Under the pieces are notes generated by a model that worked only from the letters and a program-made list of their open reading frames with translations, was not told the origin of the DNA and did not search any database. A program made the position numbers and the translations under genes. Of a stretch of 64,000 nt of DNA, positions 52,411 through 64,000 are shown one piece after another. The stretch is from Balanoglossus misakiensis. Taxonomy: Eukaryota; Animalia; Hemichordata. Where the stretch lies: the NCBI GenBank assembly GCA_040954595.2, contig CM082585.2, positions 12,342,127 through 12,406,126 on the forward strand. Reading direction: 5' to 3'. Position 1 is the stretch's first letter. Each line of letters starts with the position of its first letter.

Positions 52411-53013
52411 GCACCCAATGGGAATCTCGCAAACGCGCAAGTTTTCATGGGAAATCGTGGAGCGGAAGTGCGGAAAAATTAAATGACCAGACAACGCCTA
52501 TTCTCTAACACGGAAGAGGCCGATTTTTGCGTGCAAACGTCAAAATACGAAGGGGCCTATGGTTTTTAAATAAAACCACATCAAGTAATCGTTGATACTC
52601 TCACTGGTGAGTACCCTCATGTATGTTTTTAGACTGAAGTAATATTGTATATCAGAAAAATATCGTATCTTGTGCTTTAGCGGCGAGCCTTGCGGGAACA
52701 CTGACAATCTGTTTGTTTCGTGTTTATTTCGGTGAAATATACTTCAAGACATTTTGTCTGAAGCGTCTATGTTCCTCTGGTACAGACAGATTAAAATATA
52801 ATCTGAAGTATTACGACGTCTACGAAAATGTGAAGCCGACGCCGCACCGCGAGACTATGGGCTGCATGTACGTACGCGGACGGCGCTGCTTTCTTGGCAG
52901 CCGAGGACCTGTTTGTTCCCGTCCCGTTGTCACGTCAAATGTCGTCTGGTCATTTTCCGCACTTCCGGATTTCCCATGAAACCTTGCGCGTTCGCGAAAT
53001 TCGCATTGGGTGC
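52411..53013. mobile_element. ~600-bp CpG-rich element with ~80-bp imperfect inverted termini
   Basis: GCACCCAATG..CGCGCAAG..TCATGGGAAATC..GGAAGTGCGGAAAA..TGACCAGAC at 52411-52495 is mirrored at 52941-53013. Confidence 0.6.
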
Positions 53014-53707
53014 TGCGCCCTCTACAGTTGACTTCACCAAAACGTTTGTCTGTCTACTGTTTGCTGGTGTTCCAATCATAAGTCTTTTTGCCATTTTGCT
53101 TTTATTATAATGAACATTTAAGTGCTTCTCAGAAAATTTCCAATACATGTATCCACTACTTTCTTTGTCAAAAACAGTAAAAAATATTCTTAATGTCTAT
53201 ATATTTCAGTTTAGTATTGAACAGAAAATAATGCAAAGTACATTTCCAATAAATCTGCTCAACTGAAGCAAACATGCGTAATTTCTCTGTATTGAAATGA
53301 GCAAATATGAAGCACCATACTCTGTTAACATGACAACAACATGAACAATGTTACCATGGCAGTGAGTTGCAATCATTTTGTTTGTAATGAAAATAACCAA
53401 AACAGACTATGAACCCTACATACCTTTACATGGCATTCTTACAGTTATTCTTGCGAAAATATTTAATCCTTCATAGCAAAATTCAAATCAATTAACCCTT
53501 TTGATTTCATCTCACAAACCATTCATCTTCTAAATCAGACTGATAAATAACCATTTATCAACAAACAGCAATCATATGTAATCATTTGTCTTAAAATTTA
53601 CAGTTCATAATCTTATGACAAAAACAATCAAAAGAAATTTAACTAGAATATCTTAGCAAACGTAAATGGTTGTTTAAATGTCTATTTTTTGTCACAGTAA
53701 CAACCAG

Positions 53708-56700
53708 TCATGGCTTCTTTGCAAGACATGTTTCAAATCCACAAAATTTCCACCGTTTCTCCAGAGTTGCTCCAACACCAAACAGTTCTTGTTGAAAGAC
53801 AGATGGTAGTTTTATCATTAAACTCTCGATTTCTGCAGGAGATACTTTGCTGTCTAATCTTGAGATGTATGACCAGAGATATTCGACCGATGCTCCAAAT
53901 GGATGGACATGTAGAAATGTGGCCAACAATCCTGCAAGAAAAACTAGTATTACAACAATTCTCATATGCTTTCTTTAAAAGTTGACACGAGTGAAAATTC
54001 CATAGTGTTCAAAGTGGATACAATTGCCAGTAACCACACAGCAAAACTTACCAACTAACAAAGCTTCTTTTTCTGTCGTTTTATTTCTTTTTACAATCTG
54101 TTTATCTGAGGACTCCAGAGTTGATGTTGTGACATTATCTTTTTCCTCTTTGCTTCTGCCTTTCTCTTCTGATTCTTCATCCAATGTTATTGTCTCTGTA
54201 TGTTTGTCTTTCCCAATAGCTGCTGTTTTCAACCACTGCATTAGTGCACCTGGTTTCTATCATAAACAACAAACAACTAGATTTCAAGTAAAATCACAAC
54301 CACAGCCAATACAAACTGAATGGTATAAATCAATATTTGTGTTATCATTACACGTAGTGCCAATTACATGTACTCTGTTTGTTGTCAGCAAAGTAGTTTC
54401 CATGGATAGTTAAATGAGATAAAATAGTTACTAGTTACTGTTGAAGGTGTGTTATCAAATCATTTCAACCATTTTACATTTATCCTGATTGTTTACCTCA
54501 GCTTTCTTTTGTTCTTCTGCCTTGCTTTTCTTGGCTTCAGCCTTTGCAGCCAATAATTGCTATAGAAACCACCAGACAAATTAAACACATTATTCAATTC
54601 TGAGCAACAGATGAGGTCATGACATGTCCAGCTCTTTTCCAAAATGTCTTTAAGTCTCACTGCACTTGGAAGAAGTTACTCAACTAGCCTCACCTGTTGT
54701 AAACCTTGCACCGCATGCTGTAAAGCTTTGAATTGAGTTTCTTTTATCTGATTGACTTGATTGTGTTCTGTTTTTAAAATATCCACTTCATTCTTGTATG
54801 CTTCCAGTTGACATCGAAGACTGTCATTCTCTTCCTTTAACAATTCTAATTCACCGGTGCTATGTATGAATATGGCTGAATCTAAACATAAAGTAGTACA
54901 TCAATCAAGGGTTACATATTAATTAGTAGGAGAGGTCTGCATAAATCAATCAATAGTACTGATAAAAGTAGTGTTCACATAATTAATTTTATGAAATTGC
55001 ACATGGATTTACAAAATTGACAAAACGGTAAAATATAATTTGTTTTTACACATACCCTCCATTCTTGGTTTCTTCATAACAGGCTCAGTTTCTACGGTAA
55101 CTATGTCCTCTGTGTCAGATGACACTTCCATATCAACTTCTGTTCGGTCACTCAACAGATCTTGTATCTGGTTGATTTTAATTTCCTGGAATCCCGAGAA
55201 ACCAGAGACCAAAATAAATGCAAAGTCTCAAAGTACAATACCTTCTATCACAGACTCTTGAGAGAAACTTTATGAAAATAGCACCAACAGCACTGTCTCT
55301 TTTGTAGTACAGTGGAACATCCAAACTTTGCAGTAAGTGTCGATCATGGCAAGGGTGCTAAATCTACTGATATATACTATATATATACCAAAGGTGCTCA
55401 GTTGGCAAATACCTGGCTGAATTAATTAGCAATAAAGCAACCGAAATTCTACACTTACCTTGAAAACTGTAATTTCAGTGAAGAGCTCTGATACATGTAA
55501 TACATTTACCATCTTTATGTTGGATCACAAAGAATATTGCTATAGTCATGCCACAGAGACACCAACATTTGATTTGGTACAACAATACATCTGTATTGGC
55601 ATTGCTTACAGAACAATCCAGGACAATAAGAAAACTTGACTTTGGTCTAAATAGTTGTTCTTTTCTTGGAAATGGTGTTAAGACTTTGCTTTGCAAATGG
55701 GTGTATCTGCTGTGATAGTTTTTTGGTTGGATGCTTTAGAAATACAATCACATCAGATAATGTTTTAAACATGGCACATGATACATGATCAGAGTCAAAT
55801 TCAACTGAAATCTACAGAAACAAAAGGAACTTACATATCTTACCACCAGTCAACACTGACTGTGCACACCCCTACATTTCCTGCATCTTGGTATGACCCA
55901 ATGAGGCATGTCCATGTGGTATAAGACTATTTGTTGATGTTCAGGTGACCTCACTTCAGGAAGAGGAGGTGCAGAGATTGAAGTAAGAATGACCAAAATG
56001 TGTTGACCGTAACAGTGAATGTTTACCCTCAACCAGCCAGTAGGGTGTGTTTGGAACTTGAACATTGACATTGTCTTGTCATGGGATTTCTAAATTTCAA
56101 TTCTATGATAGATGGAAACTGCCAAATGTCAAAGAAGACAAATGTAAAATCAGAGCCAAAAACCTCACCACTGGTTGAGAGTATAGCCTACCTTGACTTG
56201 ACGATGCCATTGGTCAATATGCTTGCGTTGAGCTTTGGAGAAATGGTCTCTGCATTTCTGCTTGTTGGCTCCTATGAATACTCTTTCTATCTGATCAACT
56301 TCACATCAGACATAAGAGTGCACCACCAAAATTATACAATTAATAAATGAAACATTATATAGGAACTCTTCTGCGGCAACAGTATTTTCAAAGATAATTA
56401 ACAAACGCTAATACTCAGAGGTGACCACAATGTAAGTGATTCATTTCTCTTGACATACATTGCTTAACTGGCGACTCAGACGTTATATCAGGAATGATTC
56501 ATGACCATCTTAACAAACGTACAATGTAGCTATACTCCTGCAAAACCCAATTATTTGTAATTGAAATGCGACACAATAAACATTTGACAAGTATAACATT
56601 GATTCATATTTAGTAGGAACAAGGAACACAACTGCATAGAAAACAATGCTGTAACCATGTCAACCACTGCTGTGCACTTACCTTAAAAGTGGTGTTGAAC

Positions 56701-59242
56701 TTTCTTGGTCTGTGATCATTACTAACAGTTATGTATCAGTGATGTTGAAAGCAGCCAATGGACAGCAAACATGACTAGAAAGCAAATTTAGACTCCTTCC
56801 AAACAGTAAAAAATTGCTGATATGACAAGATTTTGAACATAACCTTTGTGTGCTTTTCTGCCATTGGATGGTTTCGACATAAACTTGACAGTGGATGACA
56901 ATGGTCCAGAATCAAATCAATCTCTTTTGATTGAAATAGAGGAATTTGTGATTCACCATTTTAGAAACATTCTGATTACAATTACCAGCTTCTGTAACAT
57001 CTTCTTGCATCAATTCAAAGACTTTGCATGATGACATTCATGTCTGTTGTATTATGACCAACGTATGTACTGCCATCATTATCTGACCATCTGTGGTAAA
57101 GCTGACCATCAACAATGTTCCCAGAGTACATGACTTGTAAGACACAATACATACCAAACCAGAAGATACATACATTGAGCAATGATTCCATTTATTCTCT
57201 GAGAATACAATTCTTTGGCCTTTTCTAACTCTTCTCCATACATCTGTTTGTCATTTAAGAGTCTCCTTACATGACTAAAACAAAAAGTGTATGATATAAT
57301 TGATTTTGGTTTCAAAGTTTGTATGCGCTATATGAGACAGGAAAGAGAAAGTGTGTGTTACAATGCATTTTGTATGGATATAGTGGCAAATATATATATG
57401 CAGCAATGTCAAAGTTACCTATTTACAATGTCAAATCTGACTAACACTTATATCAGTTTGTGATGCAGAAATTAGCAATATCTACGTCACTTCTTCATGA
57501 TGTCAACTTACCTATTAGAGGATTGTACCATACTGTAAAATGTATTAGCAGTTCGTTTGTTGCAATCTCCTCTCTCCAACCACGTCGCTAGGGTCTGTAC
57601 AGCTAGGGGGAAGGACTCGTCAGCTGAAATAACCAAAGAACATTTCCTTGTTGATCAAGATAATGCAGTTGATACACAAAACAGAGAAAATCCTAAAACA
57701 TAGTCAGAATTTACAGATGGAAGTCTAGTCAACACATCAAACCTTTTAAATGTTCAGCCAATAACAAGGCTTCGTTATCTGAGAAATGGACAATGGGTTG
57801 TGGTGATGGTGGTCGTAGCATTTGTTCTTCTAATTTCTGTCGGTGTCTAGCTTCTCTGTGCAGTTGTCTCTGACGACATTCGTATTCAAATAAATCATCT
57901 CTGGCCTGTGCATAATCCACATGTAAACGTCCCATGTCAAGAGGCTCCACTGAGGCACCAATTCGAATACGATACCCTGACAGAAAGAGAAAGGTTATTA
58001 GTACATGTATGACTATTTTTTGTGGTTTGACAGAAATCACAACATCAACTCAGTAAATTTATTGGATAGGTAAATAAACTTACCAGATAGATAGATAGCA
58101 TTGTCTACACATGCTTCATTTTCAAATCTGATATGACAGAAGTTCTTTTTACTCATACGAATACTTGTGATCCCACCGCATCTTTCAAATATTTCTCTGA
58201 TTATTTCTTCTGTGATATTTTGCGGTAAACCTCCAACGAATACGGTACGACAGCCTGGTGGCCTTTCTCTGGTGGTTGATGGTGGCATACCTAGAGTACA
58301 ATGAAAATACATGGAGGAAATAAGTTAATAACATGTTTTCTTTGCTTGTCTATGGTGGCATGTCCATAGCAATGCACATTGCCTTCTAGCTGTCGACAGG
58401 AGTTCCTTTAACCTTAGTCCAGTAATGCACAGTTGCATGGCTGTTTTCTAGTTACTGCTAATATATGTCAATGAATGGTTAAACAAGAGACATGTTAAGT
58501 ATTCTTCTTATTACGATGCGGTGTCGTATGTTTGCATGGTCCCCACATGAATATTTGCAAATGGATACTAGATTGTCAGCAGTTATAACATCTGCAGCTA
58601 GATTTATAGAAATGTCTGTATAGCTTTAAAGAGCCAATCCCTCTTACCTGGCATGGGTGGAAATAATGTACAACTTTTACAATGAATGACATCCTTCTGT
58701 TGCATATCTGGTGGTGGTGGGGGTGGTACCATTCCAAAACCACCAGTCATCTGCCATTGGTTTAACACATTTGGATCACCTTGGAAGTGGGTCATTCCCA
58801 TCTGTCCCATATTCCCCCAAGCTCCACTTGGAGTAGCCCAACTTTCCAATCCACCAAATGCCGCTGACAATGTTGGATCACCATCATCTTTAGACTTGCT
58901 TACATCTGGAGTACTGGTATTAAGTACATTTGCAGCCGGTTTACCTCCAAAATCAAGAGGCAAATTATTCCTTGATGGATCAACTCCACCAGTTTGTACT
59001 TGAAGTGAGCTCTGTAAACCAACTGTAAAAGCAAATTTTACAAACATCAGTATTGTCTGTTTCACATGAGAATGTACATAAAGTGCCTAGCCACGCGAGA
59101 TCTCGCAAGGTCTCGTGGACTTCGGAAAGTGGTTTATTGACATGGTGAGTTTGCCAATACACTAGCAGGTGGAGCTCGAGAACATACCTATGTTTGGATT
59201 CGGTCCGCCTTGTTGCAAAAATGGAAATACGGGCGCAGCCAT
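53708..59242 (-). CDS. ENOX1: Ecto-NOX disulfide-thiol exchanger (ENOX1/2-like, RRM-containing)
   Basis: Proposed start MAAPVFPF at 59242. IHCKSCTLFPP, TRERPPGCRTVFVGGLP, GRLHVDYAQARDDLFEYEC, DHFSKAQRK, LKEENDSLRCQL, FLHVHPFGASVEYLWSY, LEKRWKFCGF. Probably a pro-orthologue of both ENOX1 and ENOX2. Confidence 0.9.
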
Positions 59243-59594
59243 CTTCCTTTCTAGTGATTGCGAATTTTAAACCCTGGATTTCAAATAAAACGGCTAAATG
59301 GTGTCTAACCTTGACCAAGTGAAAAGTATTAAATGCTGTCTAGTTCACTTCATTTACTTTCTCTGACCTATCAAGATGCGATCATATAATATATCGCCGT
59401 TATCGGGCCGATCGTGCGGCAAGCTACTCTCAGGTCAATATTTACAATTATGTACATTCACTTCCGGTTTAGGGAATTCTGGATCCGTGTGGGCTACACC
59501 GTCCAACAATGCATTGCGATATATTGTACCATTTGTAATAAGCTTTTTTACCGTTTATAGTATTTACATTTTAAGTTATATTCTTAAAGAATTA

Positions 59595-59595
<1 letters not shown>

Positions 59596-59627
<32 letters not shown>

Positions 59628-59785
59628 GCTGCTGCTGCTGCAGCTGTTTACAAAAAAAAAATAATGTCAAAATTTGAAAAGATATGGAATTTATTTTTAC
59701 ATGTTCTTCTGGGCCTTTCATTCATCCATCCATTCATTCATTCATTCATTCATTCATTCATTCATTCATTCACTCACTCACTCAC
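59596..59785. repeat. (GTT)n(GCT)n and (CATT)n/(CACT)n microsatellites in the ENOX-MPI divergent spacer
   Basis: Directly visible at ~59596-59645 and ~59720-59785. Confidence 0.9.
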
Positions 59786-59990
59786 TTTGAACTCATATAA
59801 TATATGATGCCGAAAACACAGCAGATGAAAAATAAACAACTGTCAAACATTTAACTTCTGGAAATGATAGAAAGTAGCACTAGCAAGTAAGAAAGAAGCA
59901 AGCAGCCCTAGGCCCTAGTGACGCGTAAACTATTGCGTCAAAAAAGCCACGTGATTTCACAAGGTCAAAGGCTACACAGCTGTTGCCAGC

Positions 59991-62900
59991 ATGGCAAATG
60001 CACGGGGTAAGTCTCCTAATTTTTCCCGAAATTAACCACCAACAACACTGAGTTTTTCAACCAAAATTATTTGAAATGAGAGTGGTATTAACAAGTTTTT
60101 GCTGGCGAAAAAGTGGCGGAGCGGACATTGATTTTTCGTCTAAATAATTACCGGAAGCAAGATTTATTCATGTCCGCATCATGTACTGTTGAGTGATTCA
60201 TATAGTTTCTCTATCACGACCAGCGTACAAACGAGTGGGTTGATGGTACAGCCTCTGTTACATGTAAAGTGGGGCGCTTTATAACAGTGTTATTACACGC
60301 CAGTGGCAATGCTTGGGATCACGTTGGTCGAAAGACAGACTGGTTGCTTTCCCTGACCAATAATCAAGTGTCTGACTTCAAAATGTTAGGTTTCATTGTA
60401 TTTAAATTGTAACTAACAGGCCTGATCGACGTGTATGTTGCATTTTCTCTATTAAAAAATCCACGTTAGAATTTTCGCCCTCCCATGCCATCCCATTACT
60501 GCCTAGTTCACTCCGCAAACGACAGCTTAAATTAGCTCAAGGTCAATGGCATTGTTGAGGTCATCATCATTTGACATTTGAAGTAGGATCAAGTTTAACC
60601 TTAACCATGTCAATGTGCGTGTGTTGTTAGACAAGAATTTACAATACCAATGTGTATTAGATGTAAGATATAACTTTAGGCAGTGCTAATTAATTTATAA
60701 TTATATTGGCAATATTTATTTTCAATTCTGGGTACAGTTTTCCCATTGAGATGCGCAGTTCAGAAGTATGCTTGGGGGAGAATTGGACCTGACAGTGAAG
60801 TTGCAAAACTAAGTGAAAGTAGTAATGATAACTTCAAACTCGAAGGAGACAAACCATACGCTGAACTGTGGATGGGAACACATCCTAGTGGACCTTCAGA
60901 AATTATCAGTAAGGACATCGAAGAGAAATCACTGGCAGACTGGATTTCCAAACACCCAGATTGTCTGGGTTCTAAAGTCAAACAAAAATTCAAAGGTCAT
61001 CTGCCATATTTATTCAAAGTTTTGTCTGTAAACAAGGCACTATCAATTCAAGCACACCCAAATAAGGTAAGCGTAACTGAGCACAACACATATCAGGTGA
61101 TACTTGAACCCTTGACACCTGACCTTATATGATAAGCATATTCTTATTGTATGTAGATCCGATTCTGCCTCACTTTTTTAAACTTCTTGAATATGCTTTG
61201 ACATGTTTGAAACACATTTGGCTACTTTATTATTCTTTTGTGATATTTATATAGTTCAGACTTCCTGTGACTTGACTATCAATCAGGGATTTTGTTTTTC
61301 TATTGTATCTACAATGTAAAATGTTATGCTGTCATTTCAGGAACATGCAGAGAAATTACACGCAGAAAGACCAGATATTTATAAAGATCCAAATCACAAA
61401 CCTGAAATGGCGATCGCATTGACACCATTTGAAGGAATGTGTGGGTTTAGACCTATCCCACAAATCATTGCGTTTCTTCAAGGTATAGTTTGCAATAATG
61501 ATTTTCAAACATTTTTTATTCAACTTTCACCTCATTTATTTTGTTAACATATTGATGTTGAATGCATTACACTGTTCTAAGAACTTTCAAAAACTAGCTG
61601 AAATGTTGATAAACAGTTTGATTGCTTATTTTTCCATAGATATCCCAGAATTCCGAGCAATAGTTGGTCATGAAGCAGCCAACGAGTTAGTGTCATCTTA
61701 CAAAAACCATGATCCCAATTCCAGTGACACCTGCAAGTCAGCATTGAAAAAGTGTTTCACAGGAATGATGACTTGTAGAGATGAAATAGTTGCTAAGCAA
61801 CTTGCTTCTCTAGTCAGCAGAGTTTCAAAAGATGGTAAGGCCAAATTTGTAAAGTTTGTGTCTGAATTTATCTTTTACATAGCTTACAAATTGCTTACTT
61901 TTGGTTCATATAGTTTCAGTGTTTTATTTATTTTATTTATTTGTTTTTGCAGCTGCTGATGAGAAGGACATATCTAAATTTAATGGTGAATTGTTGTTGA
62001 AACTTCACAGCCAATTTCCTGGAGATGTTGGGTGTTTTTCTGCTTATTTTCTAAATCATCTAATTCTGCAGCCTGGTGAAGCAATGTTTCTTGGACCAAA
62101 TGAACCTCATGCTTATATTGGTGGAAGTAAGTATTCATTACTTTTGGCTGAAGTACTTGAATTGGCAATGTACTCCCATATTACCTGTTATATACCCCAC
62201 ATAGTTCTAACAACACATGTAACATGCAGTGTATATGGGTACCCCCCCCCCCATTTACTCTTTTCAAAGTACCTACAGTGCACTAAGAATGCGAAACTCC
62301 ATGGTTCTTATTTCAGACTGCACAGAATGTATGGCTTGTTCTGATAATGTAGTAAGAGCTGGTCTCACACCCAAGTACAAAGATGTTCCTACGCTTTGTG
62401 AGATGTTGACTTACCTTCCTGGAACTCCCAAAGACAAACTCTTTCCTTGTGTCAGTGATCCTAATGATGGCTATGTTACAATTTATAACCCTCCTGTGCC
62501 TGATTTCTCTGTGGCTAGAATCCAGGTAAGCAATTAGTCATGATTGCAAGTAACAGAATTAATTGACAACAGATTTATCTGTTATGAGACCTGTTGTACG
62601 CAGTTCTATAATGTGTCCCGTAATAAATTGATGGAAACTGTATCCAAGCAACGATACTAAGCAAGATGATTATCAAAATGAAAAACGGCAAATTTTGGCA
62701 ACATTGCAAGAAATCAATTTATTAATACTGAACAGTCATGCATTAGTAACAATGGATTGTTTTACTCTGTTCACAGCTGCCTGAGAATGTTGATGATTAC
62801 ACAATTGGTGCCTGTGACAGTCCGAGTGTTCTGTTAGTTGTGGAAGGACAAGCTGATGGCAGCAATAAAACGTTGATCAATGGAGAGCAGTTGCAATTGA

Positions 62901-63001
62901 AAAGGGGAACTGTCCTTTTCATTTCAGCCAATCAAGAGGTAGTTCTCAAAATCCAGTCAGGAGGTATGCTCATGTTCAGAGCTTACTGTCCATTGGACTA
63001 G
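59991..63001 (+). CDS. MPI: Mannose-6-phosphate isomerase (type I PMI)
   Basis: Exon 1 MANAR joins [73 protein letters not shown]. Ends [11 protein letters not shown] at 63001. Confidence 0.96.
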
Positions 63002-64000
63002 ATCATCTACCAATCATGTGGTAGCTCTGAGAATTTTCTTTGGCGGAAAACAAGCTTTCACAATTAAGTGTCCATTGGACGAGGTCATCTACCAAGCACG
63101 AGTCCTTCTTGGAAACATTGCTCAGACTTGATCATCAGCCAATCAGTATTATTGGCATTCTACTTAGGTTGATGCTTTTTTACAAATTTTTAATATACAC
63201 GTACCAGCAACAATATTATATTGACTGGGAGATACTTGTTGGTGAAGTTGTCAGAATTTGGCAACAAGCAATTTGGAAGGTTTTGATGACTAGACCATTG
63301 TCAGTGTTGGCATAATAATACATAGATATAATATATAGATTGAAGAGATTTGACCAAAAATCATGTAAATATAAAATATTCAACAATTAAATATCACCGC
63401 ACATTAATAACAATGATCTTTACTTGAGAATATCAGGGATGTTTTGTTATAAAATAACTTTTGTATTTGGTTTGAGAAAGTGAGGACTAGAAAATGGCGA
63501 GTAGTTGAGTGTATTCCGAGTGTATCATTTTTCAACTACATTAAATCCTTATGTTTTCTTTGGTGTAAGCAGTACTGTCTTATTGTTCTCTAAGATGAAT
63601 AATTTTCAGAAAATGTTTGGCGTGACTGGAAATGGTTCTTCAATTTCTAGGGAGATGTGTTGATGATAAAGGCAGACCATTATTTTTTGACATCATTTCA
63701 GAATATTTCTATTTAGTAAGAGAAGTTTGTGTGTTTTGCACTTTAGTACCAATATTAAATATTGCAGCTGTGCAAAGGGATTTTTGGTGAATAAAATCAT
63801 CTTCATTTGGACTGAATTTTCTATCTTTATTTACAGCAAGTGTTACTTTTTCGATAGCAATTATGCTGTAAGCCCCACTGGGAGGCATCCATTACTTTAA
63901 AGACTCCAACAGCAAATACCAGGTATGCCATTTTGCTATAGTATATTCTTGTAAGTCAGTTTTGTGCCATTTGAAGGCTGACTTTAACTCTGAAATCTTC

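Noticed and set aside
59376-59807. 143-aa ORF with poly-Val/Ala and IHSF repeats
   Set aside because: It is produced by GTT/GCT and CATT microsatellites in the ENOX-MPI spacer.

Overview
AT-rich, intron-rich animal genomic DNA, probably a marine invertebrate; the taxon cannot be fixed from sequence alone. Bases 1-~7550 are an 87/88-bp tandem satellite with two monomer types, a young higher-order repeat and a decayed edge. All ORFs there are artefacts. A dense block of spliced genes follows: an RBMX/hnRNP G-like gene and two tandem glycine-rich genes with two RRMs each (all minus), then AGFG1 (-), IFT80 (-, first intron AT-AC/U12), a CXorf58 homologue (+), PPM1L (+), ENOX (-) and MPI (+). The most interesting part is the three-gene RRM cluster. 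The two-RRM proteins look like a CIRBP/RBM3-type RRM joined to an RBMX-type RRM. One of them has a candidate NMD poison exon in the intron equivalent to the one holding the temperature-regulated poison exon of mammalian RBM3. Several MITE-like inverted repeats occur, including one with an 8-bp TSD and internal inverted TTAGGG tracts. Exon boundaries were read by eye and gene names come from remembered motif similarity, not database searches.
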